From Chloroflexota bacterium (lineage in GTDB: Bacteria > Chloroflexota > Limnocylindria > P2-11E): a DNA stretch of 64,000 bases. Under the pieces are notes generated by a model, which saw only the letters and a program-made list of their open reading frames with translations, searched no databases and had not been told where the DNA came from. A program made the translations under genes and the position numbers. This document shows, one piece after another, positions 19,470 through 29,834 of the stretch. The stretch lies in the NCBI GenBank assembly GCA_005887995.1, contig VBJD01000025.1:18386-82385 (forward strand). Direction: 5' to 3'. Numbering within the stretch: the stretch's first letter is position 1; every line of letters begins with the position of its first letter.

Positions 19470-20681
19470 CTAGCGCCAGGTGAACTTTGCGTAGCTGCGC
19501 TTGCCGTATTTCACGATGTACGTGCCGCTGGTCGGGAACTTCGATGACTCGTTCGTTTTCGAACCGTCCACCGAGACGCCGCCCTGCTCGACGAGGCGCC
19601 GCGACTCGCTGCGGCTCTTCTTGAGGCCTTTCATCAACAACTCGACGATGCCGATCTCCTTCGCGCCGTCGGCCTCCAGCGTGACTTCCTCGATGTCCTC
19701 CGGCAGCTGTCCCTCGCTGAACTGCCGCGTGAACGCGGCCGCGGCGATGGCGGCCTTGGCCGGCGAGTGCAGCTCGCTGGTGATCTGCCAGGCGAGCTTC
19801 TCTTTCGCGGCCTTTTTCGCGATCTCCCCGTTCGCGATCGCGGCGTTGATCTGCTTCACCTCGTCCCACGGCAGGTCCGTGGCCCACTCGAAGTAGTGCG
19901 GCATGAGCGCGTCGTCGATGGACATCACCTTCCCGTAGATCTCGTTCGGCTGGTCGGTGAGCCAGATCCCGGTCTTCGGCTTCGACTTGCTCATCTTCTC
20001 GCCATCCAGGCCCTCGAGGAGCGGGACGGTGAAGACCTGCTGCGGCGGCTGGCCGAGCTGGCTCTGGAGCTCGCGCCCCGCGAGGATGTTGAAGAGCTGA
20101 TCGGTGCCGCCCATCTCGACGTCGGCCTGGGTGGCGACGGAGTCGTACGCCTGCAGGAGCGGGTAGAGCAGATCCTTGATCGGGATCGGCGTCTTCTTCT
20201 CCATTCGTTTGCGGAACTCCTCGCGCTGGAGCATCTGCTGCGCGGTGAAGCGGCCGGCGAGATCGATGACGTCTTTGAGTCCGAACTTCCCGAACCACTC
20301 GGACTGGAAGACGATCCGGCTGCCTTCCTTCGGCACGACCATGTGGAACTGCTTCACGTAGGTCTCCGCGTTCTTTAGCACCTGCTCATGCGACATCGTC
20401 GGCCGCGTCTCGTCCTTGTCGGTGGGGTCGCCGATCTGCGTCGTCCAGTCGCCGACGATGAGCACGATCTCGTGACCCCAGTTCGCGAGGGTGCGCAGCT
20501 TCCGCAGCCCGACCGCGTGACCGATGTGCAAGTTCGGCTTCGTGGGATCGAAGCCTTGCTTGATACGAAGCCGACGCTCGCCGGACCGTAACAGCGCGGC
20601 GAACTCCTCGCGCACGATGACGTCGACCATCGCGCGCCCGAGGAATTCGTCCAGCTCCGTCTTGCTGGGTGCCTTGGGCAC
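19470..20681 (-). CDS. tyrS: Tyrosine--tRNA ligase with a C-terminal S4 domain (start GTG 20681 or ATG 20630)
   Basis: HIGH (NLHIGHAV) and KMSKS motifs; S4-like tail SRRLVEQGGVSVDG. Confidence 0.9.
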   Translation of the reverse strand: MPKAPSKTELDEFLGRAMVDVIVREEFAALLRSGERRLRIKQGFDPTKPNLHIGHAVGLRKLRTLANWGHEIVLIVGDWTTQIGDPTDKDETRPTMSHEQVLKNAETYVKQFHMVVPKEGSRIVFQSEWFGKFGLKDVIDLAGRFTAQQMLQREEFRKRMEKKTPIPIKDLLYPLLQAYDSVATQADVEMGGTDQLFNILAGRELQSQLGQPPQQVFTVPLLEGLDGEKMSKSKPKTGIWLTDQPNEIYGKVMSIDDALMPHYFEWATDLPWDEVKQINAAIANGEIAKKAAKEKLAWQITSELHSPAKAAIAAAAFTRQFSEGQLPEDIEEVTLEADGAKEIGIVELLMKGLKKSRSESRRLVEQGGVSVDGSKTNESSKFPTSGTYIVKYGKRSYAKFTWR

Positions 20682-21042
20682 GACAACAGGATAGGAAACA
20701 GGGTGGGAATGCGAGCGATCAGCATTTAGCATTCGAGTTATCGCGCGCAGAAGTACGACACGAGACCACGCACTACGGCGGGGTACGTATCGCCAGCTGC
20801 GGCGCCGAAGTGGGGGCGGCGTTCGTGCTCGGCTTGCCGTCCTCCCGTCGATCCTGGCCGCCTTCCTCATCGCGGGCATCGGCCTCGCGACGGTCGGGGC
20901 GGTCGGAGCGCTCGCGTTCTTCGGCGCGGATCTCCCCTCCCCTGAAGACTTTGCGAAGGACCCGCTCGCGCTCACGACGAAGGTCTACGACCGCACCGGC
21001 CAGACGCTCCTCTACCAGTTCGAGGTCGAGCGCCGCGAGATC

Positions 21043-23208
21043 GTGACGCTCGATCAGGTGCCCCAGGTCATCATCGACGCGACGCTCGGCGCCGAGGACA
21101 AGACGTTCTGGACCAACCCCGGCATCGACGTCTTCGGCATCGTCCGCGCCATCCGCGACGACCTCCTTCATCACACCGTCGTGAGCGGCGCATCCACGAT
21201 CACGCAGCAGCTCGTGAAGCAGCGCATCGTCGGCGACGAGGTGAGCGTCGCGCGCAAGGTGAAGGAGGCGATCCTCGCCGTTCAGGTGACGCGAACGTAC
21301 TCGAAGAAGCAGATCCTCGAGCTCTACCTCAACCAGATCTATTACGGGAATCAGGCGTACGGCATCAAGGCCGCGGCGGAGACGTACTTCGGCAAGAGCG
21401 ATCTCGCGCAGCTCACGCTCTCCGAGGCCGCGCTGCTCGCGGGCATGCCGCAGTCGCCGTCGGCGCTCGATCCCTCGGATCCGGACAACGTCATCAAGGC
21501 CGAGGAGCGCCGCGCCTACGTGCTCGGCGAGATGGTCGACATGGGCGTCATCACCGAGACGCAGGCCGAGGCCGCAGACAAGCAGCCGATCAAAGTCGCG
21601 GGCGTGCAAGTGACGCAGATCAAGGCTCCCCACTTCGTCTTCCAGGTGCGCGACCAGCTGAAGCAGATCCTCGGCAGCGACGCCGCGGTCACACGCGGTG
21701 GCTTCAAGGTCATCACGACGCTCGACATGACGAAGCAGGAGGCCGCCGAGCGCATCGTCCGCGAGCAGGTCGATGATCTGCACGGCAAGAACGTGTGGAA
21801 TGCCGCGCTCGTCTCACTCGACCCGCGCAACGGCGAGATCCTCGCGTACGTCGGGTCCGTCGACTACTACAACCGCGAGGATCCGCGCGTGCAGGGGCAG
21901 TTCGACGTCGCGGGGATCGGGCAGCGACAACCGGGGTCGGCCTTCAAGATGTTCAACTACCTCACCGCGCTGAAGAAGGGCGCGACGCCGGCGACGGTGG
22001 TCGTCGACGCGCGCACCGACTTCACCGGCAGGGCTGACCCAAACAACATGAGCCCGCGCAGCTGCGGGTACTGCCCCGAGAACGCGGACCTGCAGTACCA
22101 CGGCCCGGTGACCATGCGCCAGGCGCTGCGCGAATCACGGAACGTGCCCGCGGTGAAGTTCCTCGCGCAGTACAGCGGCATCGAGGACACGATCAAGACC
22201 GCGCGGGACTTGGGCATAACGACGCCGATCGATCCCGAGCAGACCGGGCTTTCGCTCACGCTCGGCTCGCAGGTCGTGAAACTCGTCGACATGACGAGCG
22301 CCTACGGCGTGCTCGCCAACTACGGTGTGCGCGTCACGCCGACGTACATCCAGCGCGTCGAGGATCCTCGCGGGAAGGTCATCTGGGAGCACAAGGACTA
22401 CGAGCAGAAGCAGGTCGTCGACCGTTCCGTCGCGTGGCTCATGACCGACATCCTCAAGGACATGACCGATCCGGCGAAGGACTTCATCTTCGGGTCGTGG
22501 ACGAACATCGGCCGACCGGCTGCGCTGAAGACGGGCACGACGGACAACCTCCGCGACGTGTACAGCGTCGGCTTCGTGCCTCAGCTCGTGACCGGCATAT
22601 GGATGGGTAATAGCAACAACCTCGAGATGTCCTCACGGGATTTCTCGAGCGCGATGGGACCGGGCGTGTTGTGGCAGACGTACATGAAGGAAGCCATTGC
22701 GGATATGCCGAAGCAGGACTGGGAACGGCCGTCCAACATCGTGACCGTGAACGTCGTGTCGGCGCCGGGCGCGTTCGGCGGCTATGGATCGGGGCTGCTC
22801 CCCTCCTCGCTTTCGCCGTTCTCGATGCCCGAGAACTTCATCAAGGGCACGCAGCCGGCGCGTCAGGACGACTGGTTCGTGACCGGCTGCGCCAAGTCCG
22901 ATGGGACGCGTTCGGTCGCGCTCCAGCTGAAGGAGAGCGCACCCGAGGGCTGGCAGCGCTACACCGACAAGTGGGTCGCCGACGCGAACGCGGGTAAACA
23001 CACGTACGGGCGCTACTCATGGAACGTGATGGGCTCGCAGCCGTGCCCATCGCCATCGCCAACGCCGGCGCCGACGCCGACCGGCCCGACGCTGCGCCCG
23101 GGCCAGACGCCGACGCCGTCCCCGCTCCAGCTCCCGCCCGGATTCACGCTCGCGCCGGGCGTCACGCTGCCGCCCGCGCCGACGCCCCCACCCTCGCGCC
23201 GGCCTTAG
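21043..23208 (+). CDS. ponA: Class A penicillin-binding protein (PBP1A: transglycosylase + transpeptidase). The true N-terminus, including the TM helix, lies upstream in the same frame (about 20731-21042) without a canonical start codon.
   Basis: GT51 motifs ([21 protein letters not shown]), transpeptidase SAFK and KTGTT, Pro/Thr-rich C-terminal tail. Upstream in frame: RRRSGGGVRARLAVLPSILAAFLIAGIGLATVGAVGALAFFGADLPSPEDF. Confidence 0.9.
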   Translation: MTLDQVPQVIIDATLGAEDKTFWTNPGIDVFGIVRAIRDDLLHHTVVSGASTITQQLVKQRIVGDEVSVARKVKEAILAVQVTRTYSKKQILELYLNQIYYGNQAYGIKAAAETYFGKSDLAQLTLSEAALLAGMPQSPSALDPSDPDNVIKAEERRAYVLGEMVDMGVITETQAEAADKQPIKVAGVQVTQIKAPHFVFQVRDQLKQILGSDAAVTRGGFKVITTLDMTKQEAAERIVREQVDDLHGKNVWNAALVSLDPRNGEILAYVGSVDYYNREDPRVQGQFDVAGIGQRQPGSAFKMFNYLTALKKGATPATVVVDARTDFTGRADPNNMSPRSCGYCPENADLQYHGPVTMRQALRESRNVPAVKFLAQYSGIEDTIKTARDLGITTPIDPEQTGLSLTLGSQVVKLVDMTSAYGVLANYGVRVTPTYIQRVEDPRGKVIWEHKDYEQKQVVDRSVAWLMTDILKDMTDPAKDFIFGSWTNIGRPAALKTGTTDNLRDVYSVGFVPQLVTGIWMGNSNNLEMSSRDFSSAMGPGVLWQTYMKEAIADMPKQDWERPSNIVTVNVVSAPGAFGGYGSGLLPSSLSPFSMPENFIKGTQPARQDDWFVTGCAKSDGTRSVALQLKESAPEGWQRYTDKWVADANAGKHTYGRYSWNVMGSQPCPSPSPTPAPTPTGPTLRPGQTPTPSPLQLPPGFTLAPGVTLPPAPTPPPSRRP

Positions 23209-23275
23209 CCTTCGCCGCGTCGGCACACCGAGGCGTCTGACCGCGATCGTTGCCTGCGTCGACGAGCGCGGCCGC

Positions 23276-23671
23276 GTGCTCCTCGTCAAGCAGCTCGCGG
23301 GTCCGTACGCCGGCGCCTGGCTGCTCCCGGGTGGTGGGGTCGACGACGGCGAGTCCATCGAGGACGCGCTGCGACGTGAGATGCGCGAGGAGACCGGCTG
23401 CGAGCTCACCGAGCTGGAACGCGTCGCGACCTATGAGGTGGACGAGCGCACGCAGGACTTCAAGGCGCTCGTCCATCTCTTTAGGGGCAAAGCCCTCGGC
23501 GAGCCGCGCGCCGAAGCTGGCTCGGCGGTGCGATGGGCGGTCCCATCAGATGCCGGATTCCATGCCGCGCTGCGACGCGAGCTCGCGGATGCGGGGCTGC
23601 GTTCCGAAGACGAGCGCGCGGTCGATCGCGCGATGGCCGCGAGTAACGTCGCGATGCGACGGCTGGGCTGA
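23276..23671 (+). CDS. NUDIX hydrolase (first canonical start GTG 23276; conserved beta-strand 1 begins at an in-frame CTG at 23237)
   Basis: Nudix box [23 protein letters not shown]; upstream in frame: [19 protein letters not shown]. Confidence 0.8.
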   Translation: MLLVKQLAGPYAGAWLLPGGGVDDGESIEDALRREMREETGCELTELERVATYEVDERTQDFKALVHLFRGKALGEPRAEAGSAVRWAVPSDAGFHAALRRELADAGLRSEDERAVDRAMAASNVAMRRLG

Positions 23672-23732
23672 CGCTAAACCCGTCGGAGAACTGACACTTT
23701 CGCGCGAGCACGCGGTGCTACCGTCAGCGGCC

Positions 23733-24125
23733 GTGAGGTGGGTGGGTGTCCTTACGGCCGCGCTATGGCTTGCCGGGTGTGAGCCCGTCGCGCTGGCGCA
23801 AGCTGCCGTGTCGATCACGCTCACCCTCGCGGTGTCGCGAGAGCAGGCCGCGTCACTCAGCGCCAGCCTCACGCCATCGCAAGCGAAGCTGCGTCCTGGC
23901 GAAGCGACGACCCTGCAGCTCGAGGTGCGCAACAACAGTCAGACCCCGCGGGCGCTCACGCTCGAACCGCAGGTGGACCCAGCGGACGGCGTGACGGTCA
24001 CGCTTCCGACGGCGATCGTCGTGCGGCAGGGTGTGACGCGCGTGCCCGTGCGGGTCGTGGCGCTGCCGAACGTGATCCCCGGTCGCTACGACATCGAGAT
24101 CCGCATCCGATCGCCCGACGGCTAG
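23733..24125 (+). CDS. Small lipoprotein with a CARDB/DUF11-like beta-sandwich domain
   Basis: GTG start gives MRWVGVLTAALWLAGC (lipobox LAGC), then PGEATTLQLEVRNNSQTPRALTLEP...IPGRYDIEIRIRS, resembling CARDB-type Ig-like domains. The upstream part of ORF 23250..24125 overlaps the NUDIX gene out of frame. Confidence 0.55.
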   Translation: MRWVGVLTAALWLAGCEPVALAQAAVSITLTLAVSREQAASLSASLTPSQAKLRPGEATTLQLEVRNNSQTPRALTLEPQVDPADGVTVTLPTAIVVRQGVTRVPVRVVALPNVIPGRYDIEIRIRSPDG

Positions 24126-24182
24126 GAACACCATCTCGTTTCGCGAACGACGCAGGCATGAGAAAGAGGGGGAGGTCATCAA

Positions 24183-24629
24183 GTGAAGACCAAGATCATT
24201 GCCGCAACCGCCGCACTCCTGCTACTCGGTTCCGCCGCGGCGTACGCGTACGTCGCCGTGACGGCGACCGCGACGCTCACCGTGAACGAGGCGCTGTACA
24301 TCGACGTGGCTCTCGTCGACGTCGGCCTGACCGGGACGCCGACGCGCACCTTCTGCACACTCTCCGCCGACAAAGCCAACGCGACGTGCGCAGCCGACGT
24401 CTATCCCGGCGAGTCCGGACAGGTCGGAATCACGATCAACAACCGGAGCACCGCTGCGCTCACCACGACAGAGACCGCGGTGTCGAGTTCGTCCGACGTC
24501 ACGCTGACCATCAACACACCGACGGCGAGCGTGCCGGGTAACGGGTCGAAGTTCTTCGCCACGTTGTTCGCCGTCTCGCAGAGTGCGAGCCCGGGTCACG
24601 TCACGATCAACCTGTCATTCAGTCGCTGA
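24183..24629 (+). CDS. Secreted beta-rich protein with one Cys pair; resembles spore-coat-U / Csu-type pilin subunits (SCPU-like)
   Basis: GTG start with AGGGGGAGG SD; signal peptide MKTKIIAATAALLLLGSAAAYA; FCTLSADKANATC disulfide pair; Thr/Ser-rich beta strands; C-terminal GHVTINLSF. Confidence 0.55.
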   Translation: MKTKIIAATAALLLLGSAAAYAYVAVTATATLTVNEALYIDVALVDVGLTGTPTRTFCTLSADKANATCAADVYPGESGQVGITINNRSTAALTTTETAVSSSSDVTLTINTPTASVPGNGSKFFATLFAVSQSASPGHVTINLSFSR

Positions 24630-24712
24630 GGATTGCGCGCCATGGCCGCGACGGCGCAACTGCCGTCGCGGCCTGCGCCGTGTAGCGCCGGTTCGATCGA
24701 GGGAGCGGGCCG

Positions 24713-27061
24713 CTAGAGCCGAACGATCGTCGCCCCGTCGCCGCCTTCGCTCGGTGACGCGGGCACCTGCTCGCGAACGAGCGGGTGCGACGACAGCATC
24801 TCGCGCACGGCAGTGCGCAGTGCTCCGGTGCCCTTCCCGTGCACGATCCGCAGACGATCGATGCCCGCGACGGCGGCGTCGTTGAGATAGCGATCCAGCA
24901 CCGCGAGCGCCTCTTCCGCGCGGGCGCCGCGTAAGTCAAGCTGCAGCGGCACGTCGGTCGCGCTCCCGTGCACCGTCGCTCGCGTCGGACGCGTCGCGAG
25001 CTCCGGCGCCGGCGCTTCGCGAAGGCTCGACGCGGGGACCCGGAGGCGCAGCGCACCGGCGGCGACTTCCGCCATGCCCTTGTCGTCGACCGCGAGGAGG
25101 ACCCCTGGATCGCTCACGCCATCGACGAGCACCGGCGAGCCCACCGCGATGGGGACGCGCGCGGGCGCCGGTGCGGTCCCCGCGGGAACCGCCTCGCGGG
25201 TGCGCTCCGCTTGCGCGAGCGCCTCGCGCGCCTCGTCGACGAGATTCCGTTTCGCGGCCTTGTCGCGCGCCTGCTCGGCGTGCCTGAGTGCGCGGCGAGC
25301 CTGGAGTAGCAGCTCATCGGCCTCCGCGCGCGCGCGACGTAGCGCGCGCTCGGCGTCCTCGCGGACCCTCGCAGCCTCACGCTCGGCGCCGCTCGTCGCG
25401 CGGCGCGCGTCCTCTGCCGCGATGCGCGCCTCGTCGAGCGTGGACGCGAGCTCGGTGCGCTGCCGCTCGGCCTCCCGCAGCGTGCGCTCGAGCGAGCGGT
25501 GCAGCTCGGAGAGATGCGATTCCGCACGGTCGAGCACATCGCGATCGAGGCCGAGACGCGAGGCGATGGCGAACGCGTTCGACGCTCCGGGCAGGCCGAC
25601 GTGCACGCGATAGGTCGGGCGAAGTGTCTCGGGATCGAACTCGACACTCGCGTTGCGGACGTCCGGCGTGTTGAGCGCGAACGCCTTCAGCTCGGGATAG
25701 TGCGTCGTCGCGGCGACGAGCACGCCGCGCTCGAGGAGGGCCTCGAGGACGGCCATCGCGAGCGCCGCGCCCTCGTCCGGGTCGGTTCCCGCGCCGAGCT
25801 CGTCGAGCAGCGCGAGATCGCCGCGCTCGGCATCGGCGAGCGTCGCGACGACGTTGCGAAGGTGGGAGCTGAACGTCGACAGGCTCTGCGCGATCGACTG
25901 CTCGTCGCCGATGTCCGCGAAGACCCGCTTCACCAGCGGCACGCGGCTGCCCTTCTGTGCCGGGATCTGCAGCCCGCACTCGGCCATGAGCACGAGGAGG
26001 CCGATCGTCTTAAGCGTCACGGTCTTGCCGCCGGTGTTCGGACCGGTGATCACGAGCGCGCGGAAGTCCTTGCCGATGCTGACGTCGATCGGTACGACAG
26101 CCGTCCCCTGCGAAACGAGGAGCGGGTGGCGCGCGGCGATGAGGTCGAGCCTCCCCCGATCGTCGAGGACGGGGCGTTCGCACTCGAACGCGTCCGCGAA
26201 GAGCGCTTTCGCCATCGCGAGATCGATGCGCGCGAGCGCGCTCACCACCGCGTCGAGCTCATCGGCGTCCTTCTCGACGCGCCGCGAGAGTTCGTCGAGG
26301 ATGCGCTGGACCTCGGCGCGCTCGGCGAGCTCGGCCTCGCGGAGCGCGTTGTTCGCCTCGAGGATCTCGAGCGGCTCGATGAAGACGGTCGCACCCGACG
26401 CGGATTGGTCGTGGATGATGCCCTTCACGGCGCTGCGCATCTCGGTTCGGACGGGGACGACGTAGCGGCCGCCGCGCTGCGTGACGATCGGCTCCTGTAA
26501 CGCGCGCGCGAGGTCCGCGGACTTGAGCAATCCGTCGAGGCGCTGCTGGAGCCGCGCCTGCGCGGCGCGTAGCTCCGCGCGGAGCGAGCCGAGGCGCGGG
26601 CTCGCGCGGTCGAGGACCTCATACGTGCCGGAGATCGCGTGCTCGATGGCCTCGGCGAGCGCGCGCGGCGGACGAGCGTACTGGGCGAGCGCGGCGAGCG
26701 GTGGATACGGATGAATGTCGGTGAACAACTTCGCCGCGGCGCGGACGGTGTCGGCGATGGCGATGAGCTGCTCGGGATCGAGTGCACCGCCGAGTCGCGC
26801 GCGCCGCAACGCGTCGCGGATGTCGCGCGCGCCGCCGATACCCGCTGAGGGCTGCGCGCGGATGAGTGCCCGCGCCGCTTCCGTCTCGTCCTGCAGCCGC
26901 TCGGCCTCGCGGAGTGTCAACACCGGCGAGATGTGCTGTGCGAGCTCGCGCCCGGGGATGAACGAGGAGCGCTCGGCGAGGAGCGCGCGCACTGCGGGGA
27001 GCTCGAGCGTGTTGAGCGAACGCTCCGTGATCCCGGCGATGTCCGTGGGTCGCACGCTCAT
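24713..27061 (-). CDS. mutS2: Endonuclease MutS2 (MutS domain + C-terminal Smr domain)
   Basis: Walker A GPNTGGKTVTLKT, DELGAGTDPDEG, and an Smr tail (LDLRGARAEEAL...IVHGKGTGALR). ATG at 27061 chosen (MSVRPTDIAGITERSL). Confidence 0.9.
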   Translation of the reverse strand: MSVRPTDIAGITERSLNTLELPAVRALLAERSSFIPGRELAQHISPVLTLREAERLQDETEAARALIRAQPSAGIGGARDIRDALRRARLGGALDPEQLIAIADTVRAAAKLFTDIHPYPPLAALAQYARPPRALAEAIEHAISGTYEVLDRASPRLGSLRAELRAAQARLQQRLDGLLKSADLARALQEPIVTQRGGRYVVPVRTEMRSAVKGIIHDQSASGATVFIEPLEILEANNALREAELAERAEVQRILDELSRRVEKDADELDAVVSALARIDLAMAKALFADAFECERPVLDDRGRLDLIAARHPLLVSQGTAVVPIDVSIGKDFRALVITGPNTGGKTVTLKTIGLLVLMAECGLQIPAQKGSRVPLVKRVFADIGDEQSIAQSLSTFSSHLRNVVATLADAERGDLALLDELGAGTDPDEGAALAMAVLEALLERGVLVAATTHYPELKAFALNTPDVRNASVEFDPETLRPTYRVHVGLPGASNAFAIASRLGLDRDVLDRAESHLSELHRSLERTLREAERQRTELASTLDEARIAAEDARRATSGAEREAARVREDAERALRRARAEADELLLQARRALRHAEQARDKAAKRNLVDEAREALAQAERTREAVPAGTAPAPARVPIAVGSPVLVDGVSDPGVLLAVDDKGMAEVAAGALRLRVPASSLREAPAPELATRPTRATVHGSATDVPLQLDLRGARAEEALAVLDRYLNDAAVAGIDRLRIVHGKGTGALRTAVREMLSSHPLVREQVPASPSEGGDGATIVRL

Positions 27062-27642
27062 CGCGTCACGCCCCGCGAGCCACGTACCGCGAAGCGCCAC
27101 GGCTTCTCAGAGGTCAGGCTCTGGGTGATGCCGACGCGCGCGCTCCGCACGACGTCGCGCGACGCGACCGGCGCGCCCTCACGCAGGTGCAGCTGCGAGC
27201 GCACGAGGTCCCAGCCGGTGTGGGCGATCGTGAGACCGAACCAGCGCGCGAGGCGGCCGGGCCCCGCGAGTCCGCGCGAGTCATCCGCGCGCGCTTCCCC
27301 CGCCCCGACGCCTCCAAGCGGCTCCGCACCGCGCAGGAGCACCGCGCCGGCGACGCCGGGCAGATGCGCGACGACGTTCATGCAGTGATGGTTGCCGTAG
27401 ATGAAGTACACGTATGCGACCCCGGGCCTCCCGAACATGACGGTCGTGCGCGGCGTCGGGCCGCGATGCGCGTGCGAGGCGGGATCGAGCTCACCGAGAT
27501 AGGCCTCGACCTCGACGAGCCGCGCGGCACGGCGGCCGTGCGGGCCATCGTAGACGAGCACCCTTCCGAGAAGATCGCGCGCCACCGTGATCGTGGAGCG
27601 CGCGTAGAAGGAGCGAGGCAAGCGTCGACCCAGTCGGAGCAC
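27058..27642 (-). CDS. mpg: DNA-3-methyladenine glycosylase (Mpg/AAG family)
   Basis: 194-aa ORF; ARDLLGRVLV, VEVEAYLGELDPASHA, GVAYVYFIYGNHHCMNVV are hallmarks of the AAG fold. 4-nt overlap with mutS2. Confidence 0.85.
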   Translation of the reverse strand: MLRLGRRLPRSFYARSTITVARDLLGRVLVYDGPHGRRAARLVEVEAYLGELDPASHAHRGPTPRTTVMFGRPGVAYVYFIYGNHHCMNVVAHLPGVAGAVLLRGAEPLGGVGAGEARADDSRGLAGPGRLARWFGLTIAHTGWDLVRSQLHLREGAPVASRDVVRSARVGITQSLTSEKPWRFAVRGSRGVTR

Positions 27643-27865
27643 AGAGTGAGGCTAGGCGGAGCGAGCGTCGCGGCGTAGCCCGCCCGCGCGCTAGGAAGCG
27701 CGACGCGCGAGGTGGCAGGCCGCGACGAGCGTTTGCGCACAGGCGGCCCGGGCTCGGCTCGCGCAGGTCACGACTACGAGGCCGCCGTAGCCAACAGCGA
27801 GGAGCGGCCTGACACTGAGAAGCGTCGCGCGACGAGCGCGGTCGGCGGCCGCGCGACGAGTCGAG

Positions 27866-28795
27866 CTAGATCTTCCGCCGCGGGTCGAGCGCGTCGCGGA
27901 GGCCATCGCCGACGAAGTTGATCGACAGCACGATGACGAAGATGCAGAGCCCTGGGAAGATCACCCAGTGCGGTGCGATGTCGATGAAGTTGCCGGCGTC
28001 GAAGAGGAGCCGGCCCCAGGTCGGGACGTCCGACGGGAAGCCGAGGCCGAGGAACGAGAGTGTCGACTCGGTGAGGATCGCGCCACCCACGCCGATCGTC
28101 GCGGCGACGAGCACCGGCGACAGCGAGTTCGGGAGGATGTGGCGGAAGATGATGCGTCCGTCACCGTCGCCGACGCACCGCGCGGCCTCGACGAACTCCT
28201 TCTGCTTGAGCGAGAGGAAGGATGCGCGCACGAGGCGCGCGACAGGCATCCAGTTCAGGATGCCGATGACGAACACGATCATGAGGAAGATGCCGAGCTC
28301 CGGTCCGAAGATCGCCTTCAGCGTCTCGCGGAACAGGTAGACGAGGACGAGGAGCAGCGGGAGCACGGGAAGCGAGAGGAAGAGGTCGGTGATGCGCATC
28401 AGCGGGTTGTCGAGCTTGCCGAAGTAGCCCGCGATCGCGCCGACGGTCGTGCCGAGCGTGATCGCGATGAAGACTGCGGTGAGGCCGACGGCGATCGAGA
28501 TGCGACCACCGTTCAGGACGCGGCCGAGCAGGTCCCGACCGAGGTCGTCGGTGCCCATGAGGTGCTCGGGCGACGGTCCTTCGAGCGAGCGTGCGAAGTC
28601 GATCAGCTGCGTGCCCGTGTAGAGGTACGGGCCGATGATCACCGCGAGGACGAGGAAGGCGAGGACGAACAGTCCCATCATGGCGAGCCTGTCGCGCGTG
28701 AACGTGTACCAGGCGTCGCCCCACAGCGAGCGGGCCGGCCGCACGCGCTCCGGCGTCGCGACGGTCGTCGTGACGCGCTGGGTGGTCGTCGCCAC
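27866..28795 (-). CDS. Peptide/nickel ABC transporter permease (DppC/OppC type)
   Basis: 309-aa ORF with about six TM segments; N-terminal OppC_N-like region and EAARCVG...IFRHILPNSLSP signature. Confidence 0.88.
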   Translation of the reverse strand: MATTTQRVTTTVATPERVRPARSLWGDAWYTFTRDRLAMMGLFVLAFLVLAVIIGPYLYTGTQLIDFARSLEGPSPEHLMGTDDLGRDLLGRVLNGGRISIAVGLTAVFIAITLGTTVGAIAGYFGKLDNPLMRITDLFLSLPVLPLLLVLVYLFRETLKAIFGPELGIFLMIVFVIGILNWMPVARLVRASFLSLKQKEFVEAARCVGDGDGRIIFRHILPNSLSPVLVAATIGVGGAILTESTLSFLGLGFPSDVPTWGRLLFDAGNFIDIAPHWVIFPGLCIFVIVLSINFVGDGLRDALDPRRKI

Positions 28796-29755
28796 TTAGG
28801 AGTACCTGATCCGCGGGTCGAGCGCCGCGTACAGCACGTCGGCAAGCAGGTTGAAGGCGACCACGAGCACGGCGAAGATCATCAGCACCGCCGTCACGAC
28901 CGGCGTGTCGCCCTGGAAGATAGAGCGAACGAGGAGCTCGCCGATCCCGGGCACGTGGAAGACCTGCTCGGTCACGATCGCGCCGCCGAAGATCGCCGGG
29001 ACGCCGAGCGCGATGATCGTCACGACCGGGATGAGGCTGTTGCGCAGGACGTGACGGATCACGACGAATCGTTCGAGGAGGCCCTTCGCGCGCGCTGTGC
29101 GCACGTAGTCGAGTGGCAGATGCTCGAGCATCTCTGCCCGGATGTAGCGCGTGAGCACGGCGGCCTCGAAGAAGCCGAGGACGGCGATGGGCATGATCGA
29201 CTGGCGGAGCTGCGCCACGAGCGAGCCGAAGTCGTTGATCTTGAGGTTCGAGTCGTACACGAATGGCAGCCAGTGCAATTTCACGCTGAAGATGATGATG
29301 AGGACGAGTCCGGTGAAGAAGGTCGGCACGGAGAAACCGAAGTACGCGAAGGTCGAGAACACGTGGTCGGCGATGGAGTTGCGCCTGACCGCGGAGAAGA
29401 CGCCGATCGGCAGCGCGATGAGGAAGCCGACGATGTAGGCGACGCCGACGACGGCGAGGGTGTTCGGAAGGCGCTGGAGGAGCAGCTCGATGACCGGCGA
29501 GTGACTCATGAACGAGTAGCCGAAGTTTCCGGTGGCCATGCCCTGGATCCACTTGAGGTATCGGATCGGCCACGGTTGATCGAGGCCGAGTGCATGGCGG
29601 ATCTGATCGCGCGCCTCCGGCGGGATCCGCGGGTCGGCGCCGAACTGCGAGAGCGGGTCGATCGGGGCGAGCGCGAGGATGGCGTACATAACGAAGCTGA
29701 TGGCAAGGAGGGTCGGTACCGCGATGAGGAGGCGTCGCGCGATGTAGCGGCCCAC
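28796..29755 (-). CDS. Peptide/nickel ABC transporter permease (DppB/OppB type)
   Basis: 319-aa ORF; BPD_transp_1 EAA-like loop (YVRTARAKGLLERFVVIRHVLRNSLIP). Confidence 0.88.
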   Translation of the reverse strand: MGRYIARRLLIAVPTLLAISFVMYAILALAPIDPLSQFGADPRIPPEARDQIRHALGLDQPWPIRYLKWIQGMATGNFGYSFMSHSPVIELLLQRLPNTLAVVGVAYIVGFLIALPIGVFSAVRRNSIADHVFSTFAYFGFSVPTFFTGLVLIIIFSVKLHWLPFVYDSNLKINDFGSLVAQLRQSIMPIAVLGFFEAAVLTRYIRAEMLEHLPLDYVRTARAKGLLERFVVIRHVLRNSLIPVVTIIALGVPAIFGGAIVTEQVFHVPGIGELLVRSIFQGDTPVVTAVLMIFAVLVVAFNLLADVLYAALDPRIRYS

Positions 29756-29834
29756 GTCCTACCTCGTCATGCCGACGGTCCGCCGCTGGCGGCGCGGCCG
29801 GTTGGCCGCGCCGCCGGGGCGACGAACTCGCGCG

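Noticed and set aside
19276-20298. 340-aa minus-strand ORF overlapping tyrS out of frame
   Set aside because: Arg/Gly/Asp-rich artefact. tyrS motifs (HIGH/KMSKS) are in the other frame.
20700-20720. T-box-like string AGGGTGGGAATGCGAG on the plus strand upstream of ponA
   Set aside because: Only a partial match (AATGCG instead of ACCGCG), on the wrong strand for tyrS, with no leader, terminator or aaRS context; likely chance.
20773-21783. 336-aa minus-strand ORF antisense to ponA
   Set aside because: Antisense to a conserved PBP gene.
25499-26500. 333-aa plus-strand ORF and other ORFs antisense to mutS2
   Set aside because: Antisense to a conserved gene.
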